DNA from: Terriglobia bacterium
GTDB lineage: Bacteria > Acidobacteriota > Terriglobia > 20CM-2-55-15
NCBI GenBank assembly: GCA_963664115.2
Contig: CAXWPJ010000011.1
Coordinates: forward strand, 32,001 to 96,000
Length of the DNA: 64,000 bases
Direction: 5' to 3'
A program made the translations under genes and the position numbers. The notes below the pieces were generated by a model. It was not told where the DNA came from and made no database searches. It saw only the letters and a program-made list of their open reading frames with translations. Shown in pieces: positions 30,151-40,388 of the stretch (its first letter is position 1; each line of letters opens with the position of its first letter).

Positions 30151-31535
30151 GAGTTATTGTCAAAAGTGGTGTTTAGGAGATTGATTCAAGCGGCGGCCTG
30201 ATCGACTTGTGTCGCTTCGACACCATCGTTGAATTTCACTCCGATGATTACCTTGCTCAGATCATCGAATCCTCGTAATCGTCGCCAATTGTTCTCAGCG
30301 CACTGGCCCAGTTTGAACATCATGTGCAGCATGCCATCCCGTGTCAGGCAACCTCTGGATCGCTTCGTTCGGTGTCGAATGGTGGCAAAGGTCGACTCAA
30401 TGGGATTCGTCGTTCTGATGCTCTGCCAGTGCTTGGCCGGAAAGTCGTAAAAGGCCAGCAGTTCCTCTCTGTCTTTCTGCAGGCAGAGTGTGGCTTTCGG
30501 ATACTTCGGTTCATAGGTTTCAATGAACAAGTCGAATGCCTTCTCGGCGTCTGCCTTCGTCTCGGCCTGCCAGATCGAGTGCAGGGCCTGTTTCGCCTTC
30601 GCCTGGACCGACTTGGGCAGGCAGTTGAGGACGTTCATGACTTTGTGCATCCAGCAACGTTGTTGACGTGTCTCGGGATAGATTTCCTCCAGTGCGGCCC
30701 AGAACCCCATCGCACCGTCACCGATGGCCAACTTCGGAACATTCATCCCACGGGACTTCAGCTTCAACAAGACCTCGCGCCAACTCTGTGTCGATTCCCG
30801 TACACCGTCTTCGATCGCCAGGAAACGCTTCTCTCCGCGTTCATTCACGCCGATCACGACCAATGCACACAACTTGGTTTGTTCCGCCCGAAGTCCGCTG
30901 TAGATGCCGTCGGCCCAGACATAGACCCAGCGATCTGCATCCAAACGCTCCTCGCATCCGAGGCGGTACTGTTCGCCCCAAACCTGTTTCAACCGCGATA
31001 CCGTGCTCGCCGACAGACCCTGCGCCTGGGGACCGACAAGAACTTTTAGGGCCTCACCCATCTCGCCGCTGGAAACGCCTTTCAAATACAACCACGGCAC
31101 CGCTGCTTCCAGCGACTTCGTCTTCCGAATGTACGGTGGTACCAGGGCCGATCGGAACGTCACAGCTTCGCCCGTCTTGGCACGGACCTTCGGGATTTGG
31201 ACTGTTACCGGACCCAATCCCGTCTGCAGTTCGCGTTCCGGCAGATAACCGTTGCGTACCACCCCGGCGTTTCCTGTCTCAGTTCGCCGGCCACCGTGCT
31301 GGGATAGCAGCTCTGCCAATTCGGCTTCCACTGCGCGTTGGATCAGTTGCTGTGCCCCAACTCGTAGTAGTTCTGTTACTGGATCCTCAATCGTTTCTCG
31401 ACCTTCCGGTCCATTCACGTTACTCTTGCTCACAGTGGCGTATCTCCTATGGTTGCTTTGAAGTTTTGTCACAACAAATCAACCAGATACGCCGCTCTTA
31501 TTCAATCCCTCAAACACCAGATTCGGTTATAACTC
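30151..31535 (-). mobile_element. IS256-family element, copy 3 (1385 bp, no TSD)
   Basis: Same ends as copy 2; flanks TTGGTCGGC / ATCTCTCTC differ. Confidence 0.95.
30186..31472 (-). CDS. IS256-family transposase
   Basis: Protein identical to copy 2 in the ORF track. Confidence 0.95.
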   Translation of the reverse strand: MTKLQSNHRRYATVSKSNVNGPEGRETIEDPVTELLRVGAQQLIQRAVEAELAELLSQHGGRRTETGNAGVVRNGYLPERELQTGLGPVTVQIPKVRAKTGEAVTFRSALVPPYIRKTKSLEAAVPWLYLKGVSSGEMGEALKVLVGPQAQGLSASTVSRLKQVWGEQYRLGCEERLDADRWVYVWADGIYSGLRAEQTKLCALVVIGVNERGEKRFLAIEDGVRESTQSWREVLLKLKSRGMNVPKLAIGDGAMGFWAALEEIYPETRQQRCWMHKVMNVLNCLPKSVQAKAKQALHSIWQAETKADAEKAFDLFIETYEPKYPKATLCLQKDREELLAFYDFPAKHWQSIRTTNPIESTFATIRHRTKRSRGCLTRDGMLHMMFKLGQCAENNWRRLRGFDDLSKVIIGVKFNDGVEATQVDQAAA

Positions 31536-32284
31536 ATCTCTCTCAGCCTTTCGGTTTCAAACTCGTTCAGATCGTAATCTGTGAAATCGGGATCTCGATA
31601 CATCATGTACGCTTGCAAGAATCGGGAGGCGGAGGCGCGATAGGGTCTGCCGTTTTTTCCTTTGACGAACCCCAAGAGTTGCGTGATGAACCAAGTATTC
31701 CATCGATTCCGAAACGGATGCTTCTTAGCTTCCTTGAGGTGGTTGAGAACGTAATCGCCGTAGCCGTCCAGAAGATCAGGAAGAAAATCAAACAGCCGTG
31801 GATCAATCTCGACTTTGTCCCTTTGACCAGCGGCTTTGTATTCCAATCGAACAGGTCGCTCGTCTCCAGTGTTTGCGTCCCTTGCCATGTGCTTGAGGAA
31901 CACTTGAGGAATGACCAGTGCAGGAGTCGCGTTAAGCTCACGCATCTCCTCAACGACTTCCCGTATGCGCTTGACGGCCCCTTTGGTCTCACCGATCTCT
32001 TCCGGTCGTAGTCCGCCGAATGCAGGCATCCTCCCGCCACGGCCTCCAAGCTGTTTGTTTGGAATGGAAGGAGTGCAGTAGATCGACTCGGCTAGCAGCA
32101 GGATCTGTTCTCGGGCTGACGCCTCTGTCTCAGGGCAGCTAGGGTCCTCACGGCAATTTTTCATCATACCCGCTACCAGTTCGTCGAGAGCTTTCTTCAC
32201 GTTGGCGGGGAGCTTCATCTTGGACGGGTCCTTCCAATGCCGCGCAATTTTCTTTTTAGCTTTCTTTTTCGCCATCGGGTCCAT
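31536..32284 (-). pseudogene. Hypothetical protein, 3'-truncated by IS256, divergent from the integrase unit
   Basis: Long ORF with RBS GGAGGA that reads into the IS end. Confidence 0.6.
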
Positions 32285-32333
32285 TCCTCCTACTCTGTCT
32301 CGCTTCAACGAACCGATTTTAACCGCAAGCGAC

Positions 32334-32362
32334 TTGACCTATACCTAATGATAGGTTATAAT
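32334..32362 (+). promoter_or_regulatory. Sigma70-type promoter with an operator-like palindrome in the spacer
   Basis: TTGACC-17 nt-TATAAT; ACCTA-ATGA-TAGGT at 32343-32356. Confidence 0.7.
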
Positions 32363-32373
32363 ACTAAAGTAAC

Positions 32374-32541
32374 GTGGCAGAAAAGACTCAAAACCAACTC
32401 AACGCAGCGGCCAGCCTACTCGGCAAGCGCAGTGCTGCGGTGCGCAGACGCAAGTGGGGTAAGCGCGAGTTTGATCGCAGGATGCGCGAGTGGGGCAAGC
32501 TCGGGGGCCGACCCCGGAAGGCGGAGACGGCTAAACGTTGA
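32374..32541 (+). CDS. Small basic protein (55 aa) with a GGRPRK motif, upstream of the integrase
   Basis: Manual translation from GTG: AEKTQNQLNAAASLLGKRSAAVRRRKWGKREFDRRMREWGKLGGRPRKAETAKR*; below the ORF-track cut-off. Confidence 0.55.
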   Translation: MAEKTQNQLNAAASLLGKRSAAVRRRKWGKREFDRRMREWGKLGGRPRKAETAKR

Positions 32542-33147
32542 AAGAGACAGGGAGGCGAAGATAAGTGATCTATAAGAGAGGCAAGACTGGGATTTATTGG
32601 TACGAGTTCATGTGGAAGGGTAAGCGCGTTCGGGAGAGCACAAATCAACGAAACAACCGGGTGGCGCGTCAGATGGAAGCAGCCAGAAAGACACAGTTTG
32701 CGAAAGGTGAGGTCGGGATCGAGATAGTCGGACCAGGGCCCACTTTTGTGGACTACGCAGACAATTGGTTGAATGGCCACGCGAAAACGAATTGCAAGTA
32801 TTCGACTTGGAAGAGTTACCAGTCGGTCATCGAAAATCACCTTAAGCCGTTATTTGGGTCACGACGGATCGACGAGATCACACGCAAGGATGTGGAGCGC
32901 CTGATAACTAAGAAGTTACGGCGGGAAAATGCCGCTCGATCCACAGTGCGGAACATTATCGCTCCACTGCGCGAGATGCTTAACCACGCCGTCGATGATG
33001 ATGAATTGGCGATCAGCATAAATCCGGCTAACCGAGTTGGGCGCTATTTCAGAAACGTGAACGCGAAAAAGACTCGTCTGAACGTAAACGCGTTGACGAA
33101 GCCGGAAATTAGCCGTCTTATCGACGCGGCTACTCGGTTTGGGTTTC

Positions 33148-34532
33148 GAGTTATAACCGAATCTGGTGTTTGAGGGATTGAGAAAAAGCGGCGTATCTGG
33201 TTGATTTGTTGTGACAAAACTTCAAAGCAACCAAAGGAGATACGCCGCTGTGAGCAAGAGTAACGTGAATGGACCGGAAGGTCGAGAAACGATTGGAGAT
33301 CCGGTGACCGAGCTATTACGAGTTGGAGCGCAGCAACTGATCCAGCAGGCCGTGGAAGCCGAATTGGCAGAACTGCTATCCCAGCACGGTGATCGACGAA
33401 CCGAGACGGGCAACGCCGGGGTGGTGCGCAACGGTTATCTGCCAGAACGCGAACTGCAGACCGGCCTGGGTCCGGTAACGGTGCAAATTCCGAAGGTCCG
33501 TGCCAAGACAGGCGAAGCTGTGACGTTCCGATCGGCGCTGGTACCGCCCTACATTCGGAAGACGAAATCGCTGGAAGCAGCGGTGCCGTGGTTGTATTTG
33601 AAAGGCGTCTCCAGCGGCGAGATGGGGGACGCCCTAAGAGTTCTTGTCGGTCCCCATGCGCAGGGACTGTCGGCGAGTACGGTATCGCGATTGAAACAGT
33701 CCTGGGCCGAGCAGTACCGCCGTGGAAGCGAGGAGCGTTTGGATGCCGATCGCTGGGTCTATGTCTGGGCCGACGGCATCTACAGCGGACTTCGGGCGGA
33801 ACAAAGCAAGTTGTGCGCATTGGTCGTGATCGGCGTGAATGAACGCGGAGAGAAGCGTTTTCTGGCGATCGAGGATGGTATCCGGGAATCGACACAGAGT
33901 TGGCGTGAGGTCTTGTTGAAGCTGAAGTCACGTGGAATGAATATCCCGGAGTTGGCCATCGGTGACGGTGCGATGGGGTTCTGGGCCGCACTGGAAGAGA
34001 TCTATCCCAAGACACGCCAACAACGCTGCTGGATGCACAAAGTCATGAACGTGCTCAACTGCCTGCCCAAGTCGGCCCAGCCGAAGGCAAAGCAGGCCTT
34101 GCACTCGATCTGGCAGGCCGAGACAAAGGCGGACGCCGAGAAGGCATTCGACCTGTTCATTGAAACCTATGAGCCGAAGTATCCGAAAGCCACTCTCTGC
34201 CTCCAGAAAGACAGAGAAGAACTGCTGGCCTTCTTCGACTTCCCGGCCAAGCACTGGCAGAGCATCCGAACGACGAATCCCATCGAGTCGACCTTTGCCA
34301 CCATTCGCCACCGGACCAAGCGATCCAGGGGGTGCCTGACACGGGACGGCATGTTGCACATGATGTTCAAACTCGGCCAATGTGCCCAGAAGAACTGGCG
34401 ACGATTACGAGGGTTCGATGATCTGGCCAAGGTGATTACTGGAGTGAAATTCAACGATGGAATCGAAGTGACAAACGTCGATCAGGCCGCCGCTTGAATC
34501 AATCTTCCAAACACCACTTTTGACAATAACTC
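33148..34532 (+). mobile_element. IS256-family element, copy 4 (diverged isoform)
   Basis: 9-bp TSD TTGGGTTTC at 33139-33147 and 34533-34541; 1385 bp; many substitutions relative to copies 1-3. Confidence 0.96.
33211..34497 (+). CDS. IS256-family transposase (isoform)
   Basis: Same motifs as the other copies, 428 aa. Confidence 0.95.
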   Translation: MTKLQSNQRRYAAVSKSNVNGPEGRETIGDPVTELLRVGAQQLIQQAVEAELAELLSQHGDRRTETGNAGVVRNGYLPERELQTGLGPVTVQIPKVRAKTGEAVTFRSALVPPYIRKTKSLEAAVPWLYLKGVSSGEMGDALRVLVGPHAQGLSASTVSRLKQSWAEQYRRGSEERLDADRWVYVWADGIYSGLRAEQSKLCALVVIGVNERGEKRFLAIEDGIRESTQSWREVLLKLKSRGMNIPELAIGDGAMGFWAALEEIYPKTRQQRCWMHKVMNVLNCLPKSAQPKAKQALHSIWQAETKADAEKAFDLFIETYEPKYPKATLCLQKDREELLAFFDFPAKHWQSIRTTNPIESTFATIRHRTKRSRGCLTRDGMLHMMFKLGQCAQKNWRRLRGFDDLAKVITGVKFNDGIEVTNVDQAAA

Positions 34533-35219
34533 TTGGGTTTCAGACTTATGCCCTAATCCTCTTCGCGGTTCGTACTGGGCTACGGATGGGAGAACTATTC
34601 GGGCTTCAGTGGTCAGATCTAGATTTGGACTCCCGATTCGTTGAGGTCCGTCGAAATATCGTAAGGGGGCGGACTGGAACGCCGAAAAGCGGCTACCTTC
34701 GTCGAGTAGACTTATCTAACCAGTTAGTAAAGGCGTTGATGGATCTGCAACGCCGGAGGAAAGAGGAATACTTTAAATTAGGCGAAGACATGCCTGAGTG
34801 GGTCTTTATCAACGGAGAAGGCCGACCGCTTGATCAAAACAATTTGAGGAATCGAATCTTCTACCGGGTGCTCGACTCGGCAGGTCTGCGGCGCGTTCGC
34901 TTCCACGACTTAAGGCATTCCTTTGCAAGTCTGTTACTCCAACAAGGTGAATCTCTTGCGTATGTGAAGGAACAGCTTGGGCACGAATCCATTAAGATGA
35001 CCGTGGATATTTACGGCCATCTGATTCCGGGCACCAACAAGCAGGCCGTGGACCGGCTCGACGATGTCGGGGCGGTGAACTTTTAGAACAGTCGGACAGT
35101 GTGAGTGCCGGGGAGTCCGGCTCGAAACCTACTCGCCCCAAAGATCGGACTCCCCACAGATCCCCCCACAGGCGAATAGTCGCGGGTTCGCTCGCCTACG
35201 TAAGTTGTCTGTTATCAAG

Positions 35220-35293
35220 TACGCCCAGAGGGATTCGAACCCCCGACCTACGGATTCGAAGTCCGACGCTCTATCCAGCTGAGCTATGGGCGC
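35220..35293 (-). tRNA. tRNA-Arg (TCG)
   Basis: Minus strand GCGCCCATAGCTCAGCTGGATAGAGCGTCGGACTTCGAATCCG...GGTTCGAATCCCTCTGGGCGTA. Confidence 0.96.
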
Positions 35294-35480
35294 GTGCGAC
35301 TGATTCTAACAGGTTAGAACGGATTTCGGCAGGAGGGACAGGCTCCGAAAGCGTCATTGTGCCCGGATTTGTGCTCATCGCGAGGGCATCGTCAGGTTAA
35401 CTCCCTGCGCGACACGATGCCGTCCGGCTATATAGCTCTCGTCGCAGGCCCCCTGAATCGTTTCTGCTTATCGTGCGAAC

Positions 35481-36329
35481 TCAATCCTCCGGATACTTGT
35501 CTCCCGGATAGGCGAATATGACTTCCCTTCTGGCCACGTCAGGATCGCAGTCATGCCAGCGCGGGTTCGGCCCCCCCGCCTCGCGGCTCAAGTGGAACGA
35601 GTACTTGAACGGCCGCGTCAGGAACGTGGGGTCTTCAAGAGTAACGATCAGCCTCAAGTGGTCGTCATCGATGATTTGATAGCGCTCGGTGAGCTTCTTC
35701 CGCACCGAAGACGCCATATGGAGATGATCGTCCATGCCGTCCGGATCGAACGTGAAGTTGGTCGTTTCAACAACCAGGTCGTCCCCGTCAAACCGGCCGA
35801 TCGAGTGGCCCTGCTGAAACAAGAATTTTGACGGCGGGTGTCCGCGTCCATCCATCCATATGTCCCGGGTAATCTGGTCCGCCGGGTCCGGATGTTGAAA
35901 CACGAGCTTGTCCAAATATCCCCATATATGCACCCCACTGTCGAACACTGTCGGAATGCTCACATTCGCGCACTCGGCCAGCACCGGCGACGCCCGGTGG
36001 TCCGCAAACACCAGCCACGCCTCTCCGCGTTTGTTCAACGGGAGTTGGTCGACCGGCATCGCGCAGTTCAACAGTTTTTCGCCATAGTCTCCCAGACGGC
36101 CGCCACAGTTGCCGCGGTCCTCACTGGCGGGACCTTCGGCACCCCTTCCGATCCCCGTACCCCAGCTCCCGATAAACGAAAAGGACTTGTCGAACTGCTC
36201 ATCGCTCTGGGCGGCCAAAACCGGAGGCCCAAACAGAATCATCAACGTTAGGAAGCCGCCGACCGCAATCTGGTTCCATCCTCGGTTCTGGCCAGTCACT
36301 CTAGCCTTCCTGACACCTGTCATTGGCAT
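35481..36329 (-). CDS. Exported hypothetical protein, DUF6152-partner family
   Basis: IWMDGRGH, GHSIGRFDGDDLVVETT, TERY, EDP and C-terminal Cys, shared with five other ORFs in the window. Confidence 0.82.
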   Translation of the reverse strand: MPMTGVRKARVTGQNRGWNQIAVGGFLTLMILFGPPVLAAQSDEQFDKSFSFIGSWGTGIGRGAEGPASEDRGNCGGRLGDYGEKLLNCAMPVDQLPLNKRGEAWLVFADHRASPVLAECANVSIPTVFDSGVHIWGYLDKLVFQHPDPADQITRDIWMDGRGHPPSKFLFQQGHSIGRFDGDDLVVETTNFTFDPDGMDDHLHMASSVRKKLTERYQIIDDDHLRLIVTLEDPTFLTRPFKYSFHLSREAGGPNPRWHDCDPDVARREVIFAYPGDKYPED

Positions 36330-36618
36330 CCTCCTAAAGCACGCGGATTCATTCGCAGCTCAGAACGCTCGTCCTCAGATCCGAGGATCAAGCATCTAGA
36401 GAACCCCTCCGGCCTGTTCCACGCTCGTCCTACAGGCCGGAGGCCAAAGCGTCGACAGAGCCCGTCTCAAATGGCGTACTTCAAACCGAACCTGCATGAT
36501 TCGCGGGTCATTGACCGACGTGATCCTCCAAAAACGGCTGTTCTCACCGGGTTTCGGCATTGTTGCGTTGGCCGCCGGCTGTCCGTCGTCGCGCAGCCAT
36601 ACCTGAACCAGTCCTTTT

Positions 36619-37716
36619 CTACTCTCGGAAGTCCCGTTGAGCTTGATAGCACTCGACCAGGACGGTGAAAAAACGGTCGACAGCGTCTCGGTTGACAAAC
36701 GAATGGGGCTCTCCCTCGTATTCAAAGAACAAGCCGCCATATGTGTCTTCTACATCTCGCGTTGCAGTCGGATTCATGATTCTCCACACGCGCGCCTTCT
36801 CCTGAATGTTCCCGTGGCTGTATGTCGGCGTGAGGATCGTGTCGGCTCCGGCCTCGGCGGCAATTTCCTTGAACCGCCGTGTCGAATCCACCCAGGTGTT
36901 CATCATAGTCACGCCGTCCGGAAAATACCGGACTCCCTGCCGGCCGATCGAGATGTCCGCGCCGCCCCAGAAGGCGGCCACGTGCCGGTCCTCGTCCGAA
37001 GTCACACTCCGCCTGTTCCACAGCGGTTCGATAATCATCGAAAGCGTGCCCGGTGTCTGCCCCGGAGTCACGTAGAACGTGATCGTGACGTCCCCCAGCG
37101 TCAGTGCCTGGCCGTCGGTGACCACCATGTCCCTCGTCGGCTTGAGCTCCTGTGGATTGTTGTCGCCGGCCACGACCTCCCAGGCCGCCTCCGACATCAC
37201 AACACGCGCCGACGGGTAAGCTCTCTGGAGAACGCTCGCGCCGGAATAGCGGTCGATGAGAGCATCCGAGACGATGATGTACCTGAGGTTCTCGGGTTCG
37301 ACACCGAACCTGAGCAGGTTCAGGACCAAGTCTTCGCTGTTGTAGTCGAAGCCCGGGTCGATAACGACGACCCCTTCTGAGGTGTTGACGGCATACACCG
37401 GGTAATCCTGTGCGCCTATAGAATAGAGATTGTCGAAAAGCCTCACCGGCCGTAGGTACCATTCCGACCACGACATCTCCACACTCCGGTCCTGCTGCCG
37501 GATCTGATCCGGCAGTGTGGGTTCGGCGCACATCTGGTCGAACAATCCGTCGAAAACGTGAAACGGCTGTAAGGGATTTTCGACGGCCGGCCGCACCGCG
37601 GCCCTGGCCGCCGGCACATGCACTTCGACCTCACCGGCCTGTGCGTTGGCGTCCGTGACGATCCCGCTCACACACAGGAATACGCCACACACTGCAGGCG
37701 CCAGATAGCCTCTCAT
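36619..37716 (-). CDS. Exported subclass-B3-like MBL-fold protein with degenerate metal site
   Basis: PVRLFDNLY.IG, T.EG.VVID, LTLGDVTI, TPGQTPGT; the HxHxDH position reads DALIDR. Confidence 0.8.
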   Translation of the reverse strand: MRGYLAPAVCGVFLCVSGIVTDANAQAGEVEVHVPAARAAVRPAVENPLQPFHVFDGLFDQMCAEPTLPDQIRQQDRSVEMSWSEWYLRPVRLFDNLYSIGAQDYPVYAVNTSEGVVVIDPGFDYNSEDLVLNLLRFGVEPENLRYIIVSDALIDRYSGASVLQRAYPSARVVMSEAAWEVVAGDNNPQELKPTRDMVVTDGQALTLGDVTITFYVTPGQTPGTLSMIIEPLWNRRSVTSDEDRHVAAFWGGADISIGRQGVRYFPDGVTMMNTWVDSTRRFKEIAAEAGADTILTPTYSHGNIQEKARVWRIMNPTATRDVEDTYGGLFFEYEGEPHSFVNRDAVDRFFTVLVECYQAQRDFRE

Positions 37717-38458
37717 GGCACTCTCCTTATCGTTCGAAATAGATTCTTGAAGAACGTCCAAACGATCATAATCGGAGGGTGTCGGCCGGGTCAAAGATAG
37801 TATCTGCGCTAATCAATTCGTTCCTTTGCCAACGGGTGCGTTGTCGGCGCGGATTCTCGGCCCAGGGTCTGCCAAGCCTGAGGCGTCTCGTTCCTGGTCG
37901 CGTGTGGAACGAGCCCGGCACGATACTTCTCGACCGGGTCCCGAAGTCGCAAAAATGCCGTCTAGAATCCTTCCTGAACCACGATTGGGCCGGTGATCGA
38001 TCTATGGTAAGGAGATTTTCTCCGGGTTGGTGCCACTGGATCCACAACCGCAAGAGCGGCACGCGGCGTGAAAACGTTGGGAGCGTCTCGAGAACACCGC
38101 TCGGCTTTCCCTCCATTTCCACAACGCCGTCGGCGATACGTTTAGCCCTCAGCCGGCAGGTGTGCACGGTGGTGGCGCCGAGCAGAAGCGTCTAAGCGAT
38201 GGTGAACGCCTGTGCCAGACTGTGTTTCCCTGCGTTCCGCAAGGTCAACGATACCGTATACCATCATATGGAATAGCGACTTAGCGACTGGCTTGATATC
38301 AGCCGCCTCCCAGCATTCAACGAAAAATCGCCATCTGGCCCCAACCCATTAACAAACTGCTTGACGGTAAAAGTGCTTGAAGCTAAACGAATTGACCCGT
38401 ATATTAGGGCCAATTCGCCCATTTGAAAACCGAGCAAGTGCAGGAGGGACATTTAAAC

Positions 38459-40355
38459 ATGAAACCCGCGCAATTCTCCGTAATGATTCTGGCTGTAATG
38501 GTCATGGTGATTTTGTCTTGGCCGTTTGCCGCCACTGCACAGCAAGACGCAAGCCCGCCGCAAGTGGATCAGGACCGCATTGAAGAGGCGCACGCCCCGC
38601 TGTTTTCCGGTCAGGATGAGGCCCTGGATGCGGGCCGGTTGACGGAATCTGTGGCTTCGTCGTTGCCGGACACAGGGGCTTCCTATGAGCCCATAGCTCT
38701 AAATAATTTCGTCGACGAATTCGTCTTCGGAAAGATGGAACGCGACAATGTTCCACATGCGCCTCTGGCGGGTGATGCAAAGTTTCTGCGAAGGGCGTAC
38801 CTGGATCTGACAGGCCTTTTGCCGACGATAGATGAGGCCCGTTCGTTCCTAGCAAACACCGATCCGAATAAGCGCGACGCGCTGATCGACACGCTGATCG
38901 ACACAGAGGCATTCGCGGATCAGTGGGCATATCATTACGGGGAACTGTTCAGAACGGACGACGCCCGTTTTCACCTTTGGACAAAGCAATGGCTCAGGGT
39001 CGACCGGCCCTATAACGAAGTCTTTTATGACATCGTTACGCCGACCACCAAGTATGCGGGGGGGGCTCCCGGCGGCGATGTACTTTGATCCCACCACCTA
39101 CACGAACACTCGCTGCATCTTTATTACCGATAGCGACCATTAAAAAGCTTTTAACCGTCTGGACTGGATGGATGAGGTCACCTCGGATCTTTCGCGCGTT
39201 TTTCTTGGCCTTACGGTGGACTGCAGTTCCTGCCATAACGGCGCGGGTCACACCGACACCGTGAATCTTTGGTTGACGGACAAGAGGAGATCCGACTTCC
39301 ACCAGCAGTCGGCCATCTTTGGAAATCTGCGGCTCACGGCATCCGGTGGCTTCCAGAATGGTGCCCCCACGTTCGACGACGGGGCGCCGGGATATAACAC
39401 CGCGGACGACGGAGCTTACTATACCCCGTCAGAGATGCGTTTCCCGCGTGATGGCAGAACCTACGAACCGGCCTTCCTGTTGACTGGAGAAACGCCAGCG
39501 CCCGGTGAGAATCCCCGTAAGTTTTTCGGAAGGGTAGCGCCCCAGCATATCCAATTCGCGCGCGCGGCGGTCAACATCATTTGGAAGAAGTTGATGGCGG
39601 TGGGTCTGGTCGAGCCCTACGATGGTTTTGATTTGCTGCGTCTGGATCCGAACAATCCGCCACCGGAGCCGTGGACCATTCAGCCGACCAATCCTGAATT
39701 GCTGGAGGCGCTGGCCGAAGATTTCCGCACGAACAACTTCAGCGTGAAACGCATGATCCGGACCATTATGAAATCGAACGCCTATCAACTCGATACGAGC
39801 TTTGAAGGGGAATGGGTGGATGCCTATATCCCATATCATGCGCGCAAGTTCGCTCGGATTTTGACGGGCCCGGAGGCGGTCGATATCGTGGCACAGGCCA
39901 CCGATACGTCGGCCACGTTCGAGATGGAGCAGTATGGAGAGTCCCAGAGGTACGTCAAAGAGCTGACCAATCCCGCAAACACGAGGACCAACCGGAATCC
40001 GGAAAATAGGGAAGTCTTTGCGTTCATGCAGGCGTATTACCAGACCGAGCGCGCCCTGCCACCGGCCGATAAGAGTCGGGCCAGTCCGGTGCAGGCAATG
40101 ATGATGATGGGTTCGCCCGTGATCACCAGCCGGGTGGACGCCCGAGGGGAGACGCGAGTCGCCAGCCTGGTGAACTCCAACAAAACAGATGATGAAATCA
40201 TCGAGGAACTGGTCCTGTCGAGCATGTCACGCTTGCCCACAGTCGATGAGCTGGTATTGGGGAAGCGTTTTATTGCAGAGAAAGGCAGGCGCGATGGTGT
40301 TGAGGCCATCCAGTGGGTGCTGCTGAATAGTACAGAGTTCTTACTGAATCACTAA
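38459..40355 (+). pseudogene. DUF1549/DUF1553 (PSCyt/PSD1) protein with a frameshift and an in-frame stop
   Basis: FLRRAYLDLTG, CSSCH, AVN.IW..LM..GLVEP, PTNPELL, W.LLNS.EF..NH; G8 run at 39058-39065 and TAA at 39141. Confidence 0.85.
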
Positions 40356-40388
40356 GGCATTTAACGTTTGCAGCGAGGAGAACAAGGA

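Larger units (their letters stand above)
32565..35086 (+). pseudogene. Phage-type tyrosine integrase interrupted by IS256
   Basis: 32565-33147 plus 34542-35086 rejoin in frame (1128 nt); TGLRMGEL, HDLRH, LGH, DIYGH catalytic residues. Confidence 0.93.
20489..35219. mobile_element. Degraded genomic island between convergent tRNA-Pro and tRNA-Arg
   Basis: Integrase next to the tRNA-Arg 3' end, excisionase remnant, four IS256 copies, accessory cargo; distal att site not found. Confidence 0.75.

Noticed and set aside
35085-35110. AGTCGGACAGTGTGAG after the integrase as another dif-like site
   Set aside because: Only a partial right-arm match, with no left arm.
37800-38420. Short ORFs in this intergenic stretch (also 11990-12540)
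   Set aside because: No convincing start, RBS or motif; possibly decayed DNA but not identifiable by eye.
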